Of a stretch of 64,000 nucleotides of DNA, positions 22,774 to 33,900 are shown one piece after another (within the stretch, counting starts at the first letter, position 1; every line of letters begins with the position of its first letter). The position numbers were made by a program, and so were the translations under genes. This DNA comes from TPA_inf: Saccharomyces (Eukaryota): assembly GCA_000146045.2 (NCBI GenBank), contig BK006939.2, forward strand, positions 416,001 to 480,000, read 5' to 3'. The notes under the pieces were generated by a model. That model searched no databases. It saw only the letters and a program-made list of their open reading frames with translations, and was not told where the DNA came from.

Positions 22774-23615
22774 ATTTTTTTTTTCGAAAACGTTATAATT
22801 TACGTTAATTTACAAAGGGCATTCCTTTCATACTAAGCAATGTTTACTTCCAATCTCTTGAGACATCTTCGAAACTAGTTGAAAAGAGACAAATCCGCTT
22901 AATAACTAATAGTTACAAGAATGGCCAATCAAACTCTTGCCAAGCGATACAAGCTTTACAATCCTGTAACAAAAACATACTTTTAGCGGTTCCGACGGTA
23001 TTCTTCTTTTTCTCCATATATTTTGCTTATGTTGGCTACTTTAAAATAATTACCGCTTCCCCCACCAGAAACTAAACATGAGCTAAAGGCGCAAAACTTA
23101 AAAAATTACATAGCCAAGACTGTTTTCAAGAAAAAAATATCAGACCACATTTGATAAAGTACATACCTCTGTTAACTCCCGTAATACACCCATATTCTTG
23201 TACTTTCTACAATCTATCACTCAAACTTCTCTATTATCCAACATCTGCTGTTGCATAGTAAAGTAGGCCGTAAACGCTCAAAACCGTTATCTTTAGGTTA
23301 CCCTTATGTTTGAATCGTTTATCTCACATTGGCGGTGTTTTCCCCTCTCCTGTGGGCTCCAAAATCTTGGCCGTGGGAAGCTTCAGCGAGGGATTGTAGA
23401 TGTAGTTTCAACACGTCGGCTGATTTATCCCGATTTTGTTAGTAGAAAAGGTTCTACTTCATTCTTGCTTGAGACGTCGTCCCATCAAATTTCTAACATA
23501 GTCTTTTTTCAAGGAAGGATATTTTTCAAAGCAGGACTGCAATTAGTCTTTTCCTTTTCTTTACTCCCCTTCCATCATAACTGTTAGTGAATAACCACTT
23601 ATATAGCATAACACA

Positions 23616-24971
23616 ATGGATCAAGAAACAATAGACACTGACTACGACGTGATTGTCTTAGGTACCGGTATTACCGAATGTATCTTATCTGGTTTACTCT
23701 CTGTAGATGGAAAAAAGGTATTACATATTGACAAGCAAGACCATTATGGTGGCGAAGCTGCTTCTGTGACCTTATCTCAATTGTATGAAAAATTTAAACA
23801 AAATCCGATCAGTAAAGAGGAACGGGAGTCCAAGTTTGGTAAAGATAGAGATTGGAATGTCGACTTAATTCCTAAATTCCTGATGGCCAATGGTGAGCTG
23901 ACAAATATTTTAATACATACCGATGTGACCAGATATGTCGATTTCAAGCAAGTTTCTGGCTCCTACGTTTTTAAGCAAGGCAAAATTTACAAAGTGCCAG
24001 CTAATGAAATAGAAGCCATTTCATCGCCATTGATGGGTATTTTTGAAAAACGTAGAATGAAGAAATTTTTAGAATGGATTAGCTCTTACAAAGAAGATGA
24101 CTTGTCCACTCATCAAGGATTAGACTTAGACAAGAATACCATGGATGAAGTGTATTATAAATTTGGGTTAGGCAATTCTACCAAAGAATTCATCGGTCAT
24201 GCAATGGCTTTATGGACCAATGATGACTACTTACAACAACCTGCTAGGCCATCGTTTGAGAGGATTTTGTTATATTGCCAAAGTGTTGCCCGTTACGGTA
24301 AATCACCTTATTTGTATCCTATGTATGGGTTAGGCGAACTTCCACAAGGATTTGCTCGTTTGTCGGCTATTTACGGTGGTACTTACATGCTAGACACTCC
24401 AATTGATGAAGTATTGTATAAAAAAGACACAGGAAAATTTGAAGGGGTCAAGACTAAGCTGGGAACTTTCAAGGCCCCATTGGTTATTGCTGATCCAACT
24501 TATTTTCCCGAAAAATGTAAATCTACTGGTCAAAGAGTTATTAGAGCCATCTGTATTCTTAACCATCCAGTTCCGAACACCAGTAACGCGGATTCTTTAC
24601 AAATTATTATCCCACAAAGCCAACTGGGAAGGAAAAGCGATATATACGTTGCGATTGTTTCAGATGCGCATAACGTTTGCTCCAAGGGTCACTATTTAGC
24701 AATTATTTCTACAATCATTGAAACTGATAAACCACATATAGAATTAGAGCCTGCTTTCAAACTTCTGGGACCAATCGAAGAAAAATTCATGGGAATTGCC
24801 GAATTATTTGAACCAAGAGAAGACGGCTCTAAGGATAACATTTACTTATCCAGATCATACGACGCATCCTCTCATTTCGAATCCATGACTGACGATGTTA
24901 AAGATATTTACTTCAGAGTAACAGGCCACCCATTAGTTCTAAAACAAAGACAAGAACAAGAAAAGCAGTAA
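23616..24971 (+). CDS. GDI1: Rab GDP-dissociation inhibitor, 451 aa
   Basis: The protein MDQETIDTDYDVIVLGTGITECILSGLLSVDGKKVLHIDKQDHYGGE carries the GDI/REP dinucleotide-binding fold. The ATG is at 23616. Confidence 0.95.
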   Translation: MDQETIDTDYDVIVLGTGITECILSGLLSVDGKKVLHIDKQDHYGGEAASVTLSQLYEKFKQNPISKEERESKFGKDRDWNVDLIPKFLMANGELTNILIHTDVTRYVDFKQVSGSYVFKQGKIYKVPANEIEAISSPLMGIFEKRRMKKFLEWISSYKEDDLSTHQGLDLDKNTMDEVYYKFGLGNSTKEFIGHAMALWTNDDYLQQPARPSFERILLYCQSVARYGKSPYLYPMYGLGELPQGFARLSAIYGGTYMLDTPIDEVLYKKDTGKFEGVKTKLGTFKAPLVIADPTYFPEKCKSTGQRVIRAICILNHPVPNTSNADSLQIIIPQSQLGRKSDIYVAIVSDAHNVCSKGHYLAIISTIIETDKPHIELEPAFKLLGPIEEKFMGIAELFEPREDGSKDNIYLSRSYDASSHFESMTDDVKDIYFRVTGHPLVLKQRQEQEKQ

Positions 24972-25372
24972 ATTCATACCTTTACGACTAAAGCAGCAAT
25001 TGGAGGGTAAACTTATTTTTTCCGATAATGTTCTTGGCAAATGAGTTACCAATAAATGACATGAATTACAGAAAACAAGAAAATATTTGCCAAAAAAAAA
25101 CCAATACAAAAATATAGGGGAAAAGATTATCCTTTATTCCTTTCTCATTCCACTTTTTTTTTTTGTTATATGCGTATTCTGATTGATTCATAACTAAGTA
25201 TCTTTCCTTTTCTTTTCTTTCAATTTCTTTTTTCCATATATAAATACATAAATTTACATACCTTATGTAGTATAATATATGGAAGAATGCTACTGAACAC
25301 ATCAGTACACATGCTATGTACTTACAATCTTAGTAAGGTAGATGTAGGTCTAATGCTTCGATGATCCCTTCA

Positions 25373-25819
25373 TTATTTCTTGGGTATAACTGTCAGTCTC
25401 GCACCGCAGTGTGCCCTTGTGTGGCCAGCCTCGTGACAAAATGAACATTTTATCTTATTTTTTTTCTTTTTACTACTCTTTTTGCTGGTTACTCCCTGAA
25501 TAGTGCTCGTAGTTTTATCTGCCTCTTCCTTGGCTTTAATCGGTATCAGGGCATATTTTTGATCGTCTTTTTCCATGATCTCTATTCCATTCCGCAGTAC
25601 CATGTCAAGAACACTAGTATTCATCATACTTCCCACAGTGCTTTCATGCAATCCCAGTAGTAGGTTAATGAATTTCTCTAATTCTTTCAACTTATGCTCG
25701 TACTCAACTTGTAATTGTGATCCATCTTTTTGCTTTGAAATGATCAACTTAGCCAGGACATCCATAGCTTGTGACAATCTGACTATATCATTTTCAGTCT
25801 TATTTGATGATTCACACAT
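25373..25819 (-). CDS. YER137C: Uncharacterised 148-aa protein with a C-terminal CCHC zinc knuckle
   Basis: The start is an ATG (CAT at 25817-25819). The C-terminus has [14 protein letters not shown], a CX2CX4HX4C zinc knuckle, and a Lys-rich stretch. Confidence 0.65.
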
Positions 25820-25986
25820 TCCTTGTTATAACAACCCTCGGTATTCTTTTAACAAACTTACGATGACTATATTGTATTAGTGTCAACCTCATCGCCAGGA
25901 ACTTTTCATTGAAAATCTTCTGACAAATTTTCTGTGTAAAGGAAAGAAAATGGAGTATAAAATCGAAAGTTTATTCCAATTGTGCT

Positions 25987-26508
25987 AGGCTGTAATGGCT
26001 TTCTGGTGGGATGGGATACGTTGAGAATTCTGGCCGAGGAACAAATCCTTCCTCGCGGCTAGACACGGATTGCACGCCCTTTGGGCAAGGGATAGTTCTC
26101 TATTCCGCACCGTGCCCTGTTGTGGCAACCGTCTTTCCTCCGTCGTAAATTTGTCCTGGGCAGAGCTGTCTGCCCGGAGGCGGGAGAGTCCGTTCTGAAG
26201 TGTCCCGGCTATAATAAATCGATCTTTGCGGGCAGCCCGTTGGCAGGAGGCGTGAGGAATCCGTCTCTCTGTCTGGTGCGGCAAGGTAGTTCTGGGTCCT
26301 TAGGGGCTCCACCTTCACCGCTGTTAGGGGAGTTTTATCCAGCGTCAGCAAAGGTGACCCGTGATGGAGGCGGCCGGGATAGCACATATCAGTCGGATAA
26401 TTGTGCAAGTTGATCGCTTCGGCGGTTTAATTTGGCGGTGCCATCAGGATTTACTCGCACATTGTGGCCGTTCCCTCGGGGATGGAGTGTGTCCTGAACC
26501 ATATTTTT
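25987..26508 (+). ncRNA. SCR1: Signal recognition particle RNA (scR1), 522 nt, transcribed by Pol III
   Basis: A GC-rich island begins AGGCTGTAATGGCTTTCTGGTGGGATGGGATACGTTGAGAATTCTGGCCGAGG..., which matches the known scR1 5' end, and ends in a T-run at about 26503-26508. Its structured, GC-rich composition is atypical for yeast intergenic DNA. The ORFs called inside it are artefacts. Confidence 0.9.
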
Positions 26509-26733
26509 TAACATTTTTTTGAACTAATTAACCGTCCCAATGAGGGATGTTGGAAGAGTAAGTTGATTTAATGTCCTATTCTTGTTCTTTTCGAATATAA
26601 ATGACGATTGGAAGGTGCATGTCAATGTTTATCATCATGTTCTTGTTGTAGGTAGTCCTTACCTTGGTTGTAGAGTGAGTAGCGACAGGCGGCAGCGGAA
26701 TATAAGAAGGATAAAATGAGAATACTTAGAACG

Positions 26734-27063
26734 TGTTGAAAGAAGAATAAACGATCATCCATCGACTAGTACTGCTGCTACTAGTGTGCTGTCATACTAC
26801 TAATATATTATCATATACAATATAAGAAGATGTCATAAACATTGAAAATAGTCATCAAATCTAATGGAAGCTGAAATTCAAGGGTTGATAATGTAATAAA
26901 ATAAAGAATGACAAAGTATAAAAGGAAGAAGATAGAGTAACATTATTATGTAGAGCTATCAATTCGCTTTTTGTAGATTCCTATTTTTTCTCGAGGAGAA
27001 TTGCAGCATATTCGTTCCACGTAATATTGCGGCCTTTAACAACAATGTAATTCCAACAATTAT
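26734..27063 (+). repeat. Diverged solo LTR of the delta family, inverted copy of the element at 19136
   Basis: It reads TGTTGAAAGAAGAATAAACGATCATCCATCGACTAGTACTG...CTCGAGGAGAATTGCAGCATATTCGTTCCACGTAATATTGCGGCCTTTAACAACAATG. The 3' boundary is uncertain and could extend to about 27110. Confidence 0.55.
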
Positions 27064-27201
27064 CTTAAAATTTGTCTATATTTTTAAAAAAGTATGAACA
27101 ATTACCAACATGTGGTACATATTGGAGGCCCGCAAAGCTGAGTTGGCATTCATTCATTCTTTAAGTTGAACAAAAAGACAAAAAGATTTTCAAAAAAAAT
27201 A

Positions 27202-27275
27202 TGGTCTCTAGCGGGATCGAACCGCTGATCCCCGCGTTATTAGCACGGTGCCTTAACCAACTGGGCCAAGAGACC
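27202..27275 (-). tRNA. tI(AAU)E1: tRNA-Ile (anticodon AAU)
   Basis: The minus strand reads GGTCTCTTGGCCCAGTTGGTTAAGGCACCGTGCTAATAACGCGGGGATCAGCGGTTCGATCCCGCTAGAGACCA with an AAT anticodon. Confidence 0.9.
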
Positions 27276-27370
27276 AAATTTTAATGAAATACTTTTACTG
27301 GAAAGAAGGTAACAAACCATGGAAGATGCTTTTCTACCACCCATGAAAGTCTGAGATTTTTATTAATGAT

Positions 27371-27396
27371 GTTGGAATAAAAATCAACTATCATCT
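27371..27396 (+). repeat. Left 26-bp remnant of a solo delta that was split by the Ty1 insertion
   Basis: TGTTGGAATAAAAATCAACTATCATCT is delta positions 1-27. It is followed directly by the Ty1 end. It continues at 33321 (CATCTACTAACTAG...) after the 5-bp duplication. Confidence 0.7.
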
Positions 27397-27755
27397 TGAG
27401 AAATGGGTGAATAATTAGATAATTGTTGGGATTCCATTGTTGATAAAGGCTATAATATTAGGTATACAGAATATACTAGAAGTTCTCCTCGAGGATATAG
27501 GAATCCTCAAAATGGAATCTATATTTCTACATACTAATATTACGATTATTCCTCATTCCGTTTTATATGTTTATATTCATTGATCCTATTACATTATCAA
27601 TCCTTGCGTTTCAGCTTCCACTAATTTAGATGACTATTTCTCATCATTTGCGTCATCTTCTAACACCGTATATGATAATATACTAGTAATGTAAATACTA
27701 GTTAGTAGATGATAGTTGATTTCTATTCCAACATACCACCCATAATGTAATAGAT

Positions 27756-30700
27756 CTAATGAATCCATTTGTTAGTTAATAGTTTAAATGTTTTTATCGG
27801 AAGAGGTTTTGTCATCACATCAGCAATGTTCTTCTTGGTCTCGATGTAGTATACGTATAAATTATTACCTGATACTTCATCTCTAAGTCTCATTGCCTTT
27901 GTGCCAAAAAATCTGTTTCTAAATTTCTCTTCATTTGTAGACTTAATTATACTGATCGTTGATCTACTATCAGTAAGTAAGCCTTTAATAATTGGTTTCT
28001 TGTTAAGTTCTTGTATCAGGTAACTTAGATTATTTAATAATGGGACAGATTCACTTATCGCGTGTATTTCTGCTTCCGTAGTTGAAGTACATGTTAATGA
28101 AGCCTTGGTGGACTTTCCTCCAATTACCTTTCCATTAAGTAAATATATGTTGCCAATTTGTGATTTATAATACGGTTGGTTGCCATACGAAGCATCACTT
28201 ATTGCGACTAGTTTATTATCTGGCTCGGTAGGTTTGTTTTTGTGCCATATCAGTTGTTTATCTCTAGTGTCCCACATGAATTGTATCAACTCATATGTCA
28301 TGTCTAAAACTTGCCTAGAGGGGAATAGTATATGTTGAGCAAGTGTGTTGATGTAGTATAGTAAGTCAAATCTAAATTTATATCCAACATATGAAGCTAG
28401 ACCAATCAACTTTTGCATTTCATGTACCTTCTCTTTGTATTCATCTTCATCTATTTCTAGTTCATCCTGGTCTATATAAAGACCTGGTTGACCTGGAGCG
28501 CTAAGTTTTCTTCCTTTTGGATTCAAAGGTACGTTTAATTTGGGTATTTTCTCAGTTAATGAGTTTTCCATACCTAATTTCATGTATTTACCTCTTTGAT
28601 ATTTGATTTCTAAGCCAAGTATGTCGTACTGAATTTCGTTATCACTTTCACCCAGATTTATTATCTTTGTATCGTATTGTTTCTTGAGTGTTGTTATGAT
28701 TTTCTTATTTGCATTTAAGTCTTTGCTGAATAAAATCATGTCGTCAACAAATAAACATATTGTTACTTGACTATTCTTAAATACGCATGACCATCCACGA
28801 ACTTCTTCCATACCACACTGTTTTATCAGGTATGATTTGATAGTTTCGTACCAGTTCGCTCCACTTTGTTTCAATCCATAAAGTGATTTCTTCAAACGTA
28901 TCAACTTATCATTCATTCCTAAATGTGGTGGAGGTCTTATGTATAATTCTTCTTTGATGTCTGCATACAAATATGCCGAAGATATGTCTAATTGTGTAAT
29001 ATAGTAGTTATTGTCTAATGCAAGTGACAGGGATGTCATTAATGCATAGTGATGTACGGTATTGGATTGCATGCCTGAGTCGTAAGTGTCAGGATGCTGA
29101 ATATCACCTCTTGCAACAAATCTAGCTTTATGAGTACCGTCACGTTTCTTGTTGAAGATAAACATTGAGTTTATTACTCTTTTAGGGTCTATTTCTTTTC
29201 TGTCATAATATTCGTCAGTGTCCCAAGTTTTCATCTTCAACAGTTGATTGACTTCTTTGTGGTATGCCTCGATATATTTTTCTTTTTCTTTAATATCTTT
29301 ATTATAGGTGATTGCCTCATCGTATCGTAAGGTTGTCCGTATTGGTTTGATTGATTTTACTGCTTTTACAGCTGCAATCAGGTGAATTCGTTTCTTCGAT
29401 CTCGGAGGTTCTAAACTACGCATATTCTTAGTATTCCATGTGTCTCGTGATACCTTAATTTCAGTTTCATTATCTTCTAATGATCTTTTCTTACTGTTGA
29501 TAGTAGTATAGGCATTAGAGTCACCAATACCACCCAAACTGGAATTAGTTTGATGAGAATTTATCGGTGGGAGTTCTTTAAATGGGTCAGGGAATTCGGT
29601 AGGAGATTCTGGAGGTAGATCAGGGAGTGGGAGATCAGCGATGATAGATTCCTCGGTATTCTGTTCAGAAACAGTAGTTGGCGTTTTGATAGGAACAATA
29701 TTGTGCGATGAATTATTTTCCGGTGGAGAAGCATCGATTGAAGGTGAACGGTGTATAATCCTTTTCTCAGTCTCTTGGTCACTTATCTGCGGAACAGTTT
29801 TGTTGTTGGTACCACCCGTACTGGATATTGGTACGTTTGTATGATTAGTCTCATTTTCACTGTACGAGTCTGAGTGTCTGAAATCTTTAGATTTACTGGC
29901 GTGCGACGACTCATGTGTGTTAGATTGGGACATGGGAGCAAGTAAAGGAACATTTAATTTATGCATACCACCCGAACCGGTACTCTCGATATTGGAAATT
30001 TGGGGGGTGCTAGATCTCTTCTTTGATGGAAGAATATTAGATTCAGATATGTTGGGGTCAACTTCTCTGGGTGCGCGAATATTGGTTTTAGAAACACGTT
30101 TCGAATCTTCAGTATGAGTTGACGGAGGTGTGGAATCGGTTGGACTCACAGCTTTTGAAAGGACATTTCTCGGTTGCTCAGGATGTAGTTCGATGTCAGA
30201 TTGGAAGTCATGGTCAGATTCTATGTTAAGATCATCGGATTGTTGGATCTCATTTGACGCAATGAACGATTGATATGAAGCAGTTAAACGGTTTAAGTCT
30301 TCATCGAAAGTGAGTGCGTCGTAATTGAATTGATCTAATCTGGATTCCTTGCCCTGAAGAATAACATAGTTAGTTGTATCTACTGTCTTCTTTAAGGATG
30401 GAAGATAGATGATATATCCATAAGAGTTTCGAGACGGATGTAGAGCGTAGCCTGGGATGCCACGAGGATGTATTTTGGAGTTAGGGTTGTGATCATTGAC
30501 GATAACAGGTTGACCGAAAGGTAACAAAGTACTGATATCAAGTCCTGCCAAGCCAGCATGTTGTCTTGCAGATTTTTTGCTTTTAGGTGAAGCTAGTGAA
30601 TTTCTCACAATAGTAGAAAATTCGATTGCAGAGAACCATAAATGGTTCGGTAAACCACTACATTGCAGTTGAGTACGGCAGTCATCTAATAAGGTACGGT

Positions 30701-31718
30701 TGAGCCGTTCAGCGACTCCATGTGCTCGGGAATCCGCTGTGGTTGTATAGCATGGAGTTATACCATTTTTTTCAAGGAATTTATGGAGAGTTCTGTTAGT
30801 ATACTCAGAACCACGGTCCATTTGTATAACCAAGACACTGGCCTGAAACTGGTTCTTAATAAAAGCTAGTATCGTAGTAAAAACATCGAGGATAGAGTCC
30901 TCGCGACGGTCGTGTAATGGATAAACCCAACGGAATTTTGTTGTCTCATCAGTAAATGAGATGAAATAGGATGGTGCACTTTTTGGTAGGTTGTGAACTG
31001 GACCAAATATGTCAGTATGTAGGTATTGAAAGGGTTCGTATGAATTTTGGTATTTTAGTCGTGAACCTTTGATATGTCTGTGTTTGGTGCTTTTGCCGAT
31101 TAAACAATCAGGACATTGATAGTCAATAGCACTAGACCAGTCGACATCTGATTCGTTAAAATACGTGATGGTGTTATTTTTAAGTGAGTATCGAATTGTC
31201 TGTGCATTGGCATGTGCAAGCATTCGATGAATGAAAGGATAAGGATATTTGCGTGTACTTTCACTTGTATGGACATTATTGATGGTGGGTACGGAGATAT
31301 TTGATGGAAGCAAGTACTTTTTAGATACCCAGTAAAAGTCTCCATATTTTACGATAGGTGCAAGTACAGTGCCGTCAGATCGTTCTAAGACGTTTTTGGT
31401 AAAGCATGCTGTGATATCTACTGCAGCCAATTCATTCAAACTGAGTAAGTCATAGGCTATGTTAGGAGTGTGCAATACCTTTATTGATGTTTTGGTGTTG
31501 TCCTGGAAGTGAAATTGTAGGTCACCAATAGCGTTAATTGGTATATTTCTTTTTTGAGCATCAACTACGTTTATGTCAGGATTAGATGATGCTGAGTGTA
31601 TGTGATGAGCAGATCTTATAAGGGTTCGTGATGCTCCTGAATCGAGAAGGAGGTGTCCAGGGAGTTCATCATCAGAATGATTAGTGTGATTTACCGTAGA
31701 TTCAGTAAGTTCCTGGCC
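27756..31718 (-). CDS. TYB: Ty1 Pol (TYB), expressed as a Gag-Pol fusion by a +1 ribosomal frameshift
   Basis: The frameshift heptamer CTT-AGG-C sits at 31716-31722 on the minus strand. The downstream frame is open for 1320 codons to the stop at 27756-27758. It contains the protease DSGAS motif, the integrase HHCC and DD35E motifs, and the RT/RNase H YVDDM motif. Confidence 0.9.
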
Positions 31719-33024
31719 TAAGGTGAAGGTCGTGCTTATTGTTCAATTGAATCGGTTCAGTAGTTGATTTACTGATGGAATCGTTGTCCGTGCTGGGAGA
31801 GTTATTAGATGTGGATACATTGTGAGCCCTGGCTGTTTTCGATTTCGAATTATTTGTTTTTTGAGGATTCCGAGCTATAACTTTGGGTTTGGTTGTATTC
31901 GTATAGCTGCGAGAATCATTCTTCTCATCACTCAGATTTCTCCTGTAATTAGGTTTGCTGTTTCTCGATCCCTGTTGTTCTTCATAAATAGCATGGATAT
32001 CTAAGAACAGTTCAGCGACTGTCATATTTAGATGTCGATGACGTGTGTAGCGTAAAAATTTATATTCGCCAGATAGACCTCTCATAATTAATTGGCATGC
32101 GACCTTGTTATTGATATGAATGCCATTATTGTTCAGTCTGTCGATAATGTTTGTGACTTTTGTTTCAAATGCATCTGCAGGTGTACTGCCATTATATTGC
32201 AAATTTGCCAGGGTCACAATGTCGTTTGCCTCTTGGGTATCAGATTGCATTTTTTCAATACTTTTGGAAAGAATTTTCATGATATCCGTATAATCAACGG
32301 ATAGGATGTCTTTGACCCAGGTAGGTAGGAATTGAGAGGGAGCAAATATTTGAAAAGTGTTATACAAGAAGGTGAGTTCATCATCAGTGATCTGACGTAC
32401 GGGTTTTCCGTTTACTGTCGGAATAATACCACCGAGATTCGAGTTTTGTAAAAATTTGATGTATGTTTTAACCCAATTTGGAAAGTCATTAGGTGAGGTT
32501 AACATTGGTGGTGGTCTGACATATTTTTTAGTGGATGTCATATCAGAGTCCGCTGAGGATGAATCAGTAAATGTATTACCTGACTCAGGTGATGGAGTGC
32601 TCAGAGGCGTTCCAACTGATGATGGATACTGCGGAAACTGTGATTGTGGCCCAGGTGGAAAGTACATAGGCGACATTTGATAAGGTGTATACGGAATCAT
32701 AGATGGGTGTCCGTAAAATGACCAACCAGATGGATTGGCTTGGTTTTGGGTCATCATGCACTGCTGTGGGTACGGCCCATTCTGTGGAGGTGGTACTGAA
32801 GCAGGTTGAGGAGAGGCATGATGGGGGTTCTCTGGAACAGCTGATGAAGCAGGTGTTGTTGTCTGTTGAGAGTTAGCCTTAGTGGAAGCCTTCTCACATT
32901 CTTCTGTTTTGGAAGCTGAAACGTCTAACGGATCTTGATTTGTGTGGACTTCCTTAGAAGTAACCGAAGCACAGGCGCTACCATGAGAAATGGGTGAATG
33001 TTGAGATAATTGTTGGGATTCCAT
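31702..33024 (-). CDS. TYA: Ty1 Gag (TYA), 440 aa
   Basis: The protein [42 protein letters not shown]... starts at an ATG inside the 5' LTR (CAT at 33022-33024). This is the typical Ty1 capsid protein. Confidence 0.95.
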
Positions 33025-33320
33025 TGTTGATAAAGGCTATAATATTAGGTATACAGAATATACTAGAAGTTCTCCTCGAGGATATAGGAATCCTCAAAAT
33101 GGAATCTATATTTCTACATACTAATATTACGATTATTCCTCATTCCGTTTTATATGTTTATATTCATTGATCCTATTACATTATCAATCCTTGCGTTTCA
33201 GCTTCCACTAATTTAGATGACTATTTCTCATCATTTGCGTCATCTTCTAACACCGTATATGATAATATACTAGTAATGTAAATACTAGTTAGTAGATGAT
33301 AGTTGATTTCTATTCCAACA

Positions 33321-33630
33321 CATCTACTAACTAGTATTTACGTTACTAGTATATTATCATATACGGTGTTAGAAGATGACGCAAATGATGAGAAATAGTC
33401 ATCTAAATTAGTGGAAGCTGAAACGCAAGGATTGATAATGTAATAGGATCAATGAATATTAACATATAAAACGATGATAATAATATTTATAGAATTGTGT
33501 AGAATTGCAGATTCCCTTTTATGGATTCCTAAATCCTCGAGGAGAACTTCTAGTATATCTACATACCTAATATTATAACCTTAATCACAATGGAATCCCA
33601 ACAATTACATCAAAATCCACATTCTCTACA
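33321..33630 (+). repeat. Right-hand remnant of the pre-existing solo delta interrupted by Ty1 (delta positions about 23-334)
   Basis: It reads CATCTACTAACTAGTATTTACGTTACTAGTATATTATCATATACGGTGTTAGAAGATGACGCAAATGATGAG...CACATTCTCTACA, which is the same delta subtype as the elements at 15508 and 19946. It runs opposite to the Ty1 LTR. Confidence 0.85.
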
Positions 33631-33699
33631 AATGAAGAAACTGCTTATAGTCAATTGAACGATTTACCGGTATTTTAACGCCATTATATATATTAGTAA

Positions 33700-33900
33700 A
33701 AAGATGGCGTATATTGATGGACTAACAGGGTCAAATAAAATCATGAATTGACTAGTATATACTTATAAGTATATCGTTCTACACAAACTAGGAAGATGAC
33801 ATACATGATGAGAATTGGTTATCAAATTCCATGGATGCCGAAACGTAAAAGATTTACTAAATAGTAGGATAATTATTGATAACATACAAAACAAAAAAAA
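33700..33900 (+). repeat. Highly diverged LTR-like fragment
   Basis: The segment GGAAGATGACATACATGATGAGAATTGGTTATCAAATTCCATGGATGCCGAAACGTAAAAGATTTACTAAATAGTAGGATAATTATTGATAACATACAAAAC parallels the delta core AGAAGATGACGCAAATGATGAGAAATAGTCATCTAAATTAGTGGAAGCTGAAACGCAAGGATTGATAATG at about 70% identity. Confidence 0.3.

Larger units (their letters stand above)
27397..33320 (-). mobile_element. YERCTy1-1: Full-length, apparently intact Ty1 retrotransposon (5924 bp). The LTRs are 27397..27733 and 32984..33320.
   Basis: The element begins TGAGAAATGGGTGAATAATTAGATAATTGTTGGG and ends ...TTCTATTCCAACA. It has two 337-bp LTRs, a 440-codon gag ORF and a 1320-codon pol frame that I checked for stops around the frameshift region. 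It is flanked by a perfect 5-bp target duplication CATCT (27392-27396 and 33321-33325). Confidence 0.95.

Noticed and set aside
25985-26413. Three overlapping ORFs of 97-102 aa on both strands within a GC-rich block
   Set aside because: They lie entirely inside the SCR1 SRP RNA gene. The open frames come from the high GC content of the structured RNA, not from protein coding.
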